Positions 9,141 to 17,228 of a DNA stretch of 64,000 bases are shown here, one piece after another. The stretch lies in the NCBI GenBank assembly GCA_041657385.1, contig JBBABZ010000001.1, positions 29,821 through 93,820 of the forward strand, read 5' to 3'. Position numbers and translations under genes: made by a program. The notes below the pieces were generated by a model. That model was not told where the DNA came from, did no database searches, and saw nothing but the letters and a program-made list of their open reading frames with translations. Origin of the DNA: Minisyncoccota bacterium. GTDB lineage: Bacteria; Patescibacteriota; Minisyncoccia; Minisyncoccales; JAQTVQ01. Numbering within the stretch: the stretch's first letter is position 1; each line of letters begins with the position of its first letter.

Positions 9141-10676
9141 ATGCCAAAAATAAAAAAAATATTGATCGCCAACAGGGGAGAGGTGGCCCTGCGGGTCATC
9201 CGAACCTGCAAAGAGATGGGGATCAAAACGGTCGCCCTTTGCCCGATGCCGGGCCAGGAAAAATTCTTTTTGGAAACAAAATTAGCCGATGAATATCGAT
9301 TTTTAAATAAAGAAGGGGCTCAAGGCTATCTAGATGCCAAAAAAATCGTCGAAATAGCGAAAGAGGCAGAAGCCGACGCTATCCATCCGGGCTATGGCTT
9401 CCTTTCCGAAAATTGGAAATTCGCCGAACTTTGCCAAAAAAATAAGATCACCTTCATTGGGCCCAGTCCGGCAATTTTGAAAATTTTTGAGGATAAGATC
9501 AAGGCTAAAAAATTCGCCAAGCTTGCGGGCCTGCCCACCTTGCCGGCCAGCGCCGGGTCTGTCAAAACCCAAAAAGATCTTATGAAATGGGCGGAAAAGA
9601 TCGGCTCTCCTTTTGTTCTCAAAGCCCAGCGCGGCGGCGGGGGGATCGGCATAAGAATTATTGATGGAAAAATCACAGTGAACCAAATCTCCGAGATCTC
9701 TTCCGATATCCAAAGACAGATGTCGGTTTCTTTTGCTGACGCCGATTTCTTTTTGGAAAAATATCTGACCGAAGCCAAGCATATTGAATTTCAAATTCTA
9801 GGCGACGGAAAAAATTTCGTCCATCTGGGAGAAAGGGAATGCACCATCCAAAGAAGATTTCAAAAATTGCTGGAGGAAGCCCCGTCTTCTTTTCTTGATG
9901 AAAAATTAAGGAATAAAATGGGAAGCTTGGCGGTCGGCCTCGCCAAAAAATTAGGATATAAGGGCGCCGCCACGGTGGAATTTTTGATAGATAAAAACAA
10001 AAATTTTTATTTTATGGAGGTCAATCCGCGGCTTCAAGTAGAGCACCCGATCACCGAAGCCATTACCGGAGTTGATATCGTAGCCCAGCAGATAAAGATC
10101 AGCCAAGGCGAAGAGCTGGATTTCAAGCAAAAAGATATCCGCTTGAACGGCTGGGCTATAGAGGCCAGGATCAACGCCGAAGATCCCCAAAAAAAATTCC
10201 AGCCCGGGCCGGGCACGGTGCAAAAATACCTGCCGCCGGGAGGCCAGGGAATTTTTATGCATACCTTTTTGCAGCAAGGCCAGAAGATATATCCTCATTT
10301 TGACTCAATGCTGGCCAAGCTGATCGCCTGCGGCAAAACCCGCCAAGAGGCTATTTCCAGGCTCAACCGCGCCTTGGACGAATTGGTCATAGAAGGAGTA
10401 CCCACTACCGCTTCGTTCTTTAAAATCGTCCTCGCGGACAAATGTTTTCTAGGGGGAGATTTTTTTACTAATTTTATTGAACGGGAAGAGATCGTTCAAA
10501 AACTTGCCGAAGGGCCGGCCCAGATCATCTGCGATTCTTGCGACCTAGACGAAGAAGACATCGCCCAGATCATTTTTCAGGTTTATCAAAAAATGAAAAA
10601 AGAAAAAAAGACCGGATCACCGCAAAAAATTTCCAACTGGATCTTGTCCCAAAGGCTGAAAATGCTGGACAATTAG
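9141..10676 (+). CDS. accC: Biotin carboxylase subunit of acetyl-CoA carboxylase
   Basis: N-terminus KKILIANRGEVALRVIRTC, the ATP-grasp glycine loop QRGGGGIGIRI, and EVNPRLQVEHPITE. Confidence 0.9.
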   Translation: MPKIKKILIANRGEVALRVIRTCKEMGIKTVALCPMPGQEKFFLETKLADEYRFLNKEGAQGYLDAKKIVEIAKEAEADAIHPGYGFLSENWKFAELCQKNKITFIGPSPAILKIFEDKIKAKKFAKLAGLPTLPASAGSVKTQKDLMKWAEKIGSPFVLKAQRGGGGIGIRIIDGKITVNQISEISSDIQRQMSVSFADADFFLEKYLTEAKHIEFQILGDGKNFVHLGERECTIQRRFQKLLEEAPSSFLDEKLRNKMGSLAVGLAKKLGYKGAATVEFLIDKNKNFYFMEVNPRLQVEHPITEAITGVDIVAQQIKISQGEELDFKQKDIRLNGWAIEARINAEDPQKKFQPGPGTVQKYLPPGGQGIFMHTFLQQGQKIYPHFDSMLAKLIACGKTRQEAISRLNRALDELVIEGVPTTASFFKIVLADKCFLGGDFFTNFIEREEIVQKLAEGPAQIICDSCDLDEEDIAQIIFQVYQKMKKEKKTGSPQKISNWILSQRLKMLDN

Positions 10677-11120
10677 CTAAATCAAATGTCAAATCTCAAA
10701 AGTCAAAACCACAGCTTAAATCCTAAAAACGAACTAAAATTTCGCCGTTATCGCTTTTCCATTGATATTATCAATGCCAGCAAAGATTTCCCGAAAGAAC
10801 GGACATTTGATATTATCGCCAAACAGTTGCTAAGAAGTTCTACCAGTATAGGCGCGAATATTGTTGAGGTAAAATCTTCAAGCTCCCGCAGGGATTTTAT
10901 TAAATTTTATGAAATCGCTCTAAAATCCGCTAATGAAACAAAATATTGGCTTGGACTTTTAAGAGATGGTTTGAATTTTGACGGAGAAAAAATAAATATA
11001 TTCTTGGCTGAAGACGATGAGATATCAAAAATGATCGCCGCGAGCCTAATCACATTAAAAGGTAAAAGGCTTTAATCTATATGGTTTTGAGATTTGACTT
11101 TTGAGTTTTGAAATAAGCTT
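10676..11120. mobile_element. MITE-like element: inverted terminal repeats built from TCAAA(A/T)CTCAAAAGTCAAAACC subunits, carrying a four-helix-bundle gene
   Basis: Left arm tcaaatgtcaaatctcaaaagtcaaaaccaca (about 10683-10714) and right arm ggttttgagatttgacttttgagttttgaa (about 11081-11110) are inverted copies. An empty copy lies at 12185-12318. Confidence 0.5.
10686..11075 (+). CDS. Four-helix-bundle protein (23S rRNA intervening-sequence protein family, TIGR02436-like)
   Basis: Family blocks FPKERTFDIIAKQLLRSSTSIGANIVE and ALKSANETKYWLGLL. The ATG and first 17 or so codons lie inside the repeat arm. Confidence 0.55.
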   Translation: MSNLKSQNHSLNPKNELKFRRYRFSIDIINASKDFPKERTFDIIAKQLLRSSTSIGANIVEVKSSSSRRDFIKFYEIALKSANETKYWLGLLRDGLNFDGEKINIFLAEDDEISKMIAASLITLKGKRL

Positions 11121-11495
11121 ATGAAAATAAAGATCAAAGATAAAATTTACGATATTGAGATTTCCGAATCGCAAGAGGGGATCGTTATGATCAAGGTTAA
11201 TGATCAAAATTTTGTTTTCCAAGAAAAAAACACTGTTAAAAATATACCGATCAAAGGGTCTAATGAAAGCGCGAAAATAGCTAAAAAAGAAATTAGGGCG
11301 CCGATAACGGGAACTATTTCCAAAATTTTTACCAAAGAAGGAGAGATGATCGAACCGGGACAGAAAATTTTAAGCCTTTCGGCCATGAAAATGGAAAACG
11401 AAATAATTTCCGAAGGCAAAGGCAAGATTAAAAAAATCAATGTAAAGGAAGGGCAGCTGGTAAAGGCGAATGAGCTGCTGGCAGAACTTGAATAA
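11121..11495 (+). CDS. accB: Biotin carboxyl carrier protein (biotinyl/lipoyl domain)
   Basis: C-terminal EGEMIEPGQKILSLSAMKMENEI with the AMKM biotinylation motif. Confidence 0.75.
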   Translation: MKIKIKDKIYDIEISESQEGIVMIKVNDQNFVFQEKNTVKNIPIKGSNESAKIAKKEIRAPITGTISKIFTKEGEMIEPGQKILSLSAMKMENEIISEGKGKIKKINVKEGQLVKANELLAELE

Positions 11496-11529
11496 CTGCG
11501 TAAATTTTCAATTTACAATTCTCAATTTT

Positions 11530-11549
11530 CCTGCCTACCGGCAGGCAGG
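11530..11549. repeat. GC palindrome CCTGCCTACCGGCAGGCAGG (one mismatch), flanked by inverted AT-rich arms (aattttcaatttacaatt / gaaattgaaaattgtaaatt)
   Basis: Read directly from the sequence. The flanking arms at about 11497-11529 and 11606-11640 are inverted copies. Confidence 0.75.
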
Positions 11550-11652
11550 CAATGAATGTTTCAATTTTCAAAAATTCCGTTATCGTCATTGAAGCATTGG
11601 AACATTGTAATTTCATTGGAAATTGAAAATTGTAAATTAAAAATTCACGCTT

Positions 11653-12183
11653 ATGATCATAAAATCATTCTCTCAGCTAGATTCTACCAACACCAAGGCC
11701 AAAGAGCTCGCCCAAAACGGCGCCGCGCCTTGGACTGTTGTCATTGCCGATGAACAAACCAACGGTTATGGCAAAGACCAGCGCGGCTGGTTTTCTCCAA
11801 AAGGCGGCCTTTATTTTTCCATCATCCTTCCTGAAAGCAATATCGACGACCTTCAAACGCTAACCATTTTAGCGGCTTTTGCAGCGGCAAAAACAATAAT
11901 GGAAGAATTCAATTTGCAAACTTTTATCAAGCTGCCGAACGATGTCTGGACGAACAATAAAAAAATAGCGGGCATCCTGACCGAAAACATCATTTCCGGA
12001 AAAAAAATAAAACATTCGGTCATGGGCATAGGCCTCGATACCAATATTGAAAAATTCCCAAAAGAGTTGGCAAGTATCGCCACTTCGCTTAGAATAGAGC
12101 TAGGCAGGGAAGTGGACGATAAAGACCTAATGGAAAAGATAGTAGGAGAACTTAAAAAACAGTTAGAGACGATAAGCAGATAA
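11653..12183 (+). CDS. birA: Biotin-[acetyl-CoA-carboxylase] ligase, catalytic domain only
   Basis: GYGKDQRGWFSPKGGLYFS matches the BirA GRGRxGRxWxSPxGxLYxS signature. No HTH domain is present. Confidence 0.75.
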   Translation: MIIKSFSQLDSTNTKAKELAQNGAAPWTVVIADEQTNGYGKDQRGWFSPKGGLYFSIILPESNIDDLQTLTILAAFAAAKTIMEEFNLQTFIKLPNDVWTNNKKIAGILTENIISGKKIKHSVMGIGLDTNIEKFPKELASIATSLRIELGREVDDKDLMEKIVGELKKQLETISR

Positions 12184-12184
12184 A

Positions 12185-12318
12185 TGGCTCAAAAATCAAA
12201 TCTCAAAATTCAAAACCACAACTAAAAACCAAAAAGCTAAGCGTTATTTAATAAATTATAAAAAGTTAAAAAGTTTTAAATTATAGTTTTGAGCTTTGAC
12301 TTTTAAGTTTTGAATTAG
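12185..12318. repeat. Empty copy of the TCAAATCTCAAAA(G/T)TCAAAACC inverted-repeat (MITE-like) element
   Basis: Left arm tcaaatctcaaaattcaaaaccacaact, right arm agttttgagctttgacttttaagttttgaa, about 60 bp of AT-rich filler between them. Confidence 0.55.
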
Positions 12319-12324
12319 AATACT

Positions 12325-13863
12325 ATGTCTTTTGAAAAACAGATCAAAAAACTAAATGAGGAGATCGCGGCGCTCGACAGTCCGGAGATGGCTGCCAAAC
12401 AGCACCAAAAAGGAAAGCTGACGGCGCGGGAAAGGATCGGCATCCTCTTAGACAAAGATAGTTTCGTTGAACTTAATCCATTCGTCCAATCCCGCTTCAA
12501 TGATTATGGAATGGACCAAAAAAAATTTCCAGGAGACGCGGTGGTCTCCGGTTTTGGCAAGATCAACGGACGGCAAGTCTGCGTCTACAGCCAGGACTTT
12601 TCTAAAATCGGCGGTTCTTTGGGAGAAATGCACGGCCAAAAAATAATTAACGCCATAAAAATGGCCAGGCAAACCGGCTGCCCGACGATCGGGATCATCG
12701 ACAGCGGAGGCGCCCGCATCCAAGAAGGAATAGCCAGCCTTGACGGCTATGCCGGAATTTTCAGGGAGATGGTCAAGGCTTCCGGCATTATTCCTCAAAT
12801 TTCAATTATCCTGGGCCCTTCAGCCGGCGGAGCTTCTTACGCCCCCGGACTTTCCGACTTTATTTTTATGGTTGAAGGAATTTCTCAAATGTATATCACC
12901 GGGCCGGAAGTGATAAAATCCGTAACCGGGGAAAATATTTCTTTTAATGATCTTGGCGGAGCTTCAGTCCACTCTTTGCAAAGCGGATGCGCCCATTTCG
13001 TCTCCCAAAATGAAAACGAATGTTTGGAAGGCGTTAAAAAACTTTTGGGTTATCTGCCGCAAAATAATTTGGAAAATCCTCCGGCTAAAAACTCTTTCGG
13101 CACGGCCGATCTCTGTCCTAAACTCCTGGAAATAGTACCGGAAGAAGAAGGGAAGGGATACGACATGAAAGAAGTGGTTAAGGAAATTTTCGATCTTGAT
13201 TCTTTTTTTGAAGTCCAAGCCGGATTCGCCCCCAACTCTATTGCCGGCTTTGCCCGCTTAGGAGGGCAAACCGTCGGCATCGCGGCCAATCAGACCAAAT
13301 CAATGGCCGGAACCCTGGACGTCAATTCTTCGGATAAGATCGCTAGATTTGTCCGGCTTTGCGATGCTTTTAACATCCCCATCATCAATTTGATCGATAC
13401 CCCCGGATATCTTCCCGGCACCGACCAGGAGCACAAAGGCATTATCCGGCACGGCGCTAAAATCCTGTATGCTTATGCCGAAGCCAGCGTTCCCAAGATC
13501 AGTCTTATTTTAAGAAAAGCCTTCGGCGGAGCCTATATCGCCCTGGCTTCCAAAGAGCTGGGATATGACAAAGTCATTGCCTGGCCTTCCGCCCAGATCG
13601 GAGTGATGGGTCCGAAACAAGCGGTAAAAATAATTTTCCACAGAGAATTGGAAAACAGCCAGGACCCGGACAGGCTTGAAAAAGAAAAAATCCTCGAACT
13701 GTCCGAAACTTTTTTGAGCCCGTGGCAAGCGGCCCGGCTAGGAAAATTAGATTTGATCATCGATCCCCAAGAAACCCGGTCCGTATTATTCAAACTGCTG
13801 GAATCCCTGCTCAACAAACGCGAAAGCAAAGCCCCTAGAAAGCACGGTAATATTCCTCTATAA
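12325..13863 (+). CDS. Acyl-CoA carboxylase carboxyltransferase subunit (fused AccD/AccA-type, PccB-like)
   Basis: 512 aa. Family blocks DSGGARIQEG, the GPSAGGASY oxyanion region, and AFGGAYIAL in the second half. Confidence 0.85.
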   Translation: MSFEKQIKKLNEEIAALDSPEMAAKQHQKGKLTARERIGILLDKDSFVELNPFVQSRFNDYGMDQKKFPGDAVVSGFGKINGRQVCVYSQDFSKIGGSLGEMHGQKIINAIKMARQTGCPTIGIIDSGGARIQEGIASLDGYAGIFREMVKASGIIPQISIILGPSAGGASYAPGLSDFIFMVEGISQMYITGPEVIKSVTGENISFNDLGGASVHSLQSGCAHFVSQNENECLEGVKKLLGYLPQNNLENPPAKNSFGTADLCPKLLEIVPEEEGKGYDMKEVVKEIFDLDSFFEVQAGFAPNSIAGFARLGGQTVGIAANQTKSMAGTLDVNSSDKIARFVRLCDAFNIPIINLIDTPGYLPGTDQEHKGIIRHGAKILYAYAEASVPKISLILRKAFGGAYIALASKELGYDKVIAWPSAQIGVMGPKQAVKIIFHRELENSQDPDRLEKEKILELSETFLSPWQAARLGKLDLIIDPQETRSVLFKLLESLLNKRESKAPRKHGNIPL

Positions 13864-13872
13864 TATCAATAT

Positions 13873-14742
13873 ATGACAAAGATCAGCCTTATTGTCGGCC
13901 AAAGCGCTTCTCTGCCAAAACAAATAATGGAAAGATATTCTCTGACCATGATCCCTTTTATTGTTGATTGGAAAGCCGATAAGGATAACCTTGACCCGAA
14001 AAGCATTTTTCAAAAAATGGCCGATGCCGAAGCTGGCAATGCAAGCGATCTTCCTAAAACATCCCATCCCGCGCCATGGCTCTTCAAGAAATTTTTTGAA
14101 GAAAAAATTACAAATTCCGATTCGGTTCTTTTTATTTCTCTAAGCTCGAAGCTGTCAGCCACTTCCGAGGCCGCCTCATTTGGAAAAGAAATGCTGAAAC
14201 CGGGAGATAAAAAAAAGGTTTTTATTTTCGATTGCCAAAATGCCAGCGCCGGAGAAGGCTTGATCGCAATTAAAGTTGCGGAGCTGATCAGTCAAGGCAG
14301 GCCGGTTGAGGAGGCTGTTAAAGAGCTGGAAATATTCAGACAAAAAGTCTGCACCTTGGCCAGCCTTAAAGATTTGAAATGGCTGGAAAAAGGAGGAAGG
14401 ATAAGCCATTTAACCAAATCAATATTATCCACTTTCCAAAAACTAGGGATCAGCCTTCTTTTCGGGATTAAAAACGGCCGCGTTGAAGCTGTTAGCTTGG
14501 GTTTTAAACAAAAAACTCAAGCCGCGGTTATTTTCGATTTTTTCAAAAAAAACTGCAAAAAGGGGAAATTCCGAATTGCCATAGCTCACGCTCAAAACGA
14601 GCAGGCCGCAGACGAACTTAAAAATTTGATCCAAAAAAAATGTCCCTCATCTGAAATAATTTTCACCGGGCCGATCGATAATATTATTGGAATACATGTC
14701 GGACCAGGCGCCCTGATTTGCGCCTGGCATCCGCTAGACTAA
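13873..14742 (+). CDS. DegV family (FakB-like) fatty-acid-binding protein
   Basis: C-terminal IIGIHVGPGALICAW, internal DLPKTSHP and FISLSSKLSATS blocks. Paralog of the ORF at 15-1079. Confidence 0.8.
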   Translation: MTKISLIVGQSASLPKQIMERYSLTMIPFIVDWKADKDNLDPKSIFQKMADAEAGNASDLPKTSHPAPWLFKKFFEEKITNSDSVLFISLSSKLSATSEAASFGKEMLKPGDKKKVFIFDCQNASAGEGLIAIKVAELISQGRPVEEAVKELEIFRQKVCTLASLKDLKWLEKGGRISHLTKSILSTFQKLGISLLFGIKNGRVEAVSLGFKQKTQAAVIFDFFKKNCKKGKFRIAIAHAQNEQAADELKNLIQKKCPSSEIIFTGPIDNIIGIHVGPGALICAWHPLD

Positions 14743-14746
14743 TACA

Positions 14747-15427
14747 ATGCCCGCTTCTTATTTTTTAATATCCCTTTTCTCTTACCTGCTCGGTTCAATA
14801 CCGGCCGCTATTTTAATTGGAAAACTTTTCACCAAGAAAAATTTTCAAGAAGAGGGAAGCGGCAATCTTGGCGCCACCAACGCTTTAAGAATCGTCAGCA
14901 AAGAAAAAGGGAAATTCTGGGGAACCGCGGCCTTTCTTGCCGTTTTTCTTTTTGACGCCAGCAAAGCAGTGGCCGCTTGTTTGATCGCAACGAACTTTAT
15001 TCCCGATCGGACCGCAGCTTTAACTCTGGCCGCCTTTTTTACCGTTCTTGGCCATAATTATTCATTGTTTTTAAAATTCCGGGGAGGGAGGGGAGCTGCT
15101 TCCTTGCTTGGCGTCCTCTTATTTTTCGATTGGCGCGTCTTTTTAGCTTGGGTTGGAACTTTTTTGGCCGTAGCCGTTATCTTTGAGGCTGTTGAAAGCA
15201 AAAAAATCGACAAAAAAATAGTGGCCAGAGCCGCTAACCGCCAAATTATCGGCCGTCTTGTTGGAGAGGTCTTAGCCCTTATTCCCATCTACCTTCTCAA
15301 TCAAACTCTTTTTTGGCCAACCCTTTTCGCTACGCCATTGATCCTTATCAAACATAAAGAAAGGGTGAAAAGACAGTTGCAAGAGATAGCTGAAAGCGTA
15401 AAGCTAAAAGCGCAAAGCGTAAAGTAA
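14747..15427 (+). CDS. plsY: Glycerol-3-phosphate acyltransferase
   Basis: LLGSIPAAILIGK and GSGNLGATNALR motifs. Polytopic membrane protein. The C-terminal tail of about 25 aa reads into the repeat element. Confidence 0.8.
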   Translation: MPASYFLISLFSYLLGSIPAAILIGKLFTKKNFQEEGSGNLGATNALRIVSKEKGKFWGTAAFLAVFLFDASKAVAACLIATNFIPDRTAALTLAAFFTVLGHNYSLFLKFRGGRGAASLLGVLLFFDWRVFLAWVGTFLAVAVIFEAVESKKIDKKIVARAANRQIIGRLVGEVLALIPIYLLNQTLFWPTLFATPLILIKHKERVKRQLQEIAESVKLKAQSVK

Positions 15428-15552
15428 CAGCGCCTGCCTGCCGGTAGGCAGGTAAAGCTAAAAGCAACGAACGGATATTTTTAGCTTTACGCTTTTGTTT
15501 TGCGCTTTTCGCTTTGCACTTTACGCTTCCTTGCTTTACGCTTCCTTACGCT
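15405..15552. repeat. Intergenic palindromic element (GCGTAAAG-unit arms) with a central GC palindrome CCTGCCTGCCGGTAGGCAGG (15433-15452)
   Basis: gcgtaaagctaaaagcgcaaagcgtaaagtaacagcg - palindrome - taaagctaaaagcaacgaacggatatttttagctttacgcttttgttttgcgcttttcgctttgcactttacgc. Confidence 0.8.
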
Positions 15553-15599
15553 TTTTTGATTTTTTGACGGTTTTCTGATAAAATAACCCTAGAAATTTC

Positions 15600-15673
15600 G
15601 CCCTCGTGGTGTAATGGATAACATGTCTGCCTTCGAAGCAGAAGACTTGCAGGTTCGACTCCTGCCGAGGGCA
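15600..15673 (+). tRNA. tRNA-Arg (anticodon TCG)
   Basis: Manual cloverleaf. Acceptor GCCCTCG/CGAGGGC, D-arm GTGTAATGGATAACAT, anticodon stem TCTGC/GCAGA with loop CTTCGAA, T-arm GCAGG-TTCGACT-CCTGC. Confidence 0.8.
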
Positions 15674-15755
15674 CGTCCGGTCTTGACCGGACGCCCGGTC
15701 GGATGACCGGGCGGATACTGTTGCCGGCTATTAATTTTTAGGTAGCAACCAAACA

Positions 15756-16163
15756 ATGGTCTTGACTAAAAACAAAAAAAATTTCATTATCTTAGCGGGA
15801 GCCCTGTCTCTGTTTTTGTTTTCCGGAGGTGAAGCCTTAGCCGCTGGGATTGTTCCTTGCGGAGGAACGGATTGCACTCTTTGCGATCTCTTTAAAATGG
15901 TTGAGAACATCGTGAACCAGATATTTTATTATCTGGTTCCATCAATCGCCGTTTTGCTTGTTGTTTATGGCGGATTTTTATTAATTACAGCCAGGGGAGA
16001 TGGCAACTCTGAAAATGTGAAAAAAGCTAAAGCCGCTTTAACCGCTGTTGCCGTAGGGTTGCTTATAATTTACGGTTCATATATCGCTGTAAATGAAATA
16101 CTAAGAGCCGTGGGCGTAAAAACAGTCTGGCAGCAAGGGTGGTACCAAATTGATTGCCAGTAA
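15756..16163 (+). CDS. VirB2/TrbC-like pilin-domain protein (signal peptide, PCGG-C-x2-C motif, two-TM hairpin)
   Basis: Cleavable signal ending LAAG, a cysteine cluster, then TM1 LVPSIAVLLVVYGGFLLI, a basic loop and TM2 ALTAVAVGLLIIYGSY. Same architecture as the C-termini of the ORFs at 25162 and 28156. Confidence 0.45.
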   Translation: MVLTKNKKNFIILAGALSLFLFSGGEALAAGIVPCGGTDCTLCDLFKMVENIVNQIFYYLVPSIAVLLVVYGGFLLITARGDGNSENVKKAKAALTAVAVGLLIIYGSYIAVNEILRAVGVKTVWQQGWYQIDCQ

Positions 16164-16168
16164 AAGAA

Positions 16169-16241
16169 GCCCCTATAGCTCAATTGGTAGAGCAGTTGCC
16201 TCTTAAGCAATTGGTTACAGGTTCGAGTCCTGTTGGGGGCA
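16169..16241 (+). tRNA. tRNA-Lys (anticodon CTT)
   Basis: Manual cloverleaf. Acceptor GCCCCTA/TGGGGGC with a G-U pair, anticodon loop CTCTTAA, T-arm ACAGG-TTCGAGT-CCTGT. Confidence 0.8.
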
Positions 16242-16451
16242 CAAATTAGGAATTAGCTTGTATAAAATTATTGAATATTTAATAAAGGTCGACAATTGAA
16301 AAGATTAACTGGGGCATACGATCTGAAACCTGAAATGTTTAGCGATTGCCGCGATCAATGGCTAAAGATCTCAAGTTACAGATTGCGAGTTCCAGAGACC
16401 AAACATTATAGAAAAAGAGAAGATAATAAGAATTAAACAAATACACACAAT

Positions 16452-16712
16452 ATGTTCAAACCAGAAGAAAAAGCCAAGATCATTGGCGAATATAAAATTC
16501 ACGAAACCGATACCGGTTCCGTTGATGTCCAGATCGCCTTGCTGACCGAAGAGATCAAAAGGCTTTTGGAACATTTTAAAACCCACAAAAAAGACCTTCA
16601 TTCCAAGCGCGGCCTTTTAAAAATGGTTGCCAAAAGAAGAAAACTTTTAAAAGTTTTAGCTAAGGAAGACGAAAAAAGGCATAGCGCCCTTGTTAAAAAA
16701 TTAGGCTTATAA
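16452..16712 (+). CDS. rpsO: 30S ribosomal protein S15
   Basis: 86 aa with family-typical sequence (GSVDVQIALLTEEIKRLLEHFKTHKKDLHSKRGLLKMV). Confidence 0.9.
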   Translation: MFKPEEKAKIIGEYKIHETDTGSVDVQIALLTEEIKRLLEHFKTHKKDLHSKRGLLKMVAKRRKLLKVLAKEDEKRHSALVKKLGL

Positions 16713-16714
16713 AA

Positions 16715-17224
16715 TTGATGCCAAAACTTGGACAAAAAGAGCAGAGAGTGGCCGTATTGATCGATGTTCAGAACATGTATTATTCAGCCCGGAACTTATA
16801 CCAGGCGAAGGTTAATTTTACCGAATTGCTCAAAAATGCAGTCAATGGCCGGAAACTTATCCGCGCCATTGCTTATGTCGTCAAAAGCGAAGCCCAGGAT
16901 TCTGATCCGTTTTTCAAAGCTCTCGAACATATCGGCATTGAACTGAAGATGAAAGATTTGCAAATTTTCCCGGGCGGCCTGAAAAAAGGCGACTGGGATG
17001 TTGGTATTGCCATGGATGCAGTCAGGCTAAGCTCTTCAGTAGACTCGATCGTTCTGGTTTCCGGAGACGGAGACTTTTTGCCCTTGGTAGATTACATCAA
17101 AAATGCCACTCCCACCCGCTTAGAAGTAATGGGCTTTGGCCGGACCACTTCCGGAAAGCTGAAAGAAGCGGCTGACAATTATTTTGACTTGGAAGAAAAC
17201 AAACAAAAATATTTAATACCTTAA
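16715..17224 (+). CDS. NYN/LabA-like (DUF88) domain protein, a putative RNase
   Basis: VAVLIDVQNMYYSAR ... IVLVSGDGDF arrangement matches the PIN-like NYN domain. Confidence 0.65.
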   Translation: MMPKLGQKEQRVAVLIDVQNMYYSARNLYQAKVNFTELLKNAVNGRKLIRAIAYVVKSEAQDSDPFFKALEHIGIELKMKDLQIFPGGLKKGDWDVGIAMDAVRLSSSVDSIVLVSGDGDFLPLVDYIKNATPTRLEVMGFGRTTSGKLKEAADNYFDLEENKQKYLIP

Positions 17225-17228
17225 TTTT

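Noticed and set aside
10538-10726. 62-aa R/K-rich ORF overlapping the accC 3' end
   Set aside because: Alternative frame of the accC C-terminus and repeat arm. Spurious.
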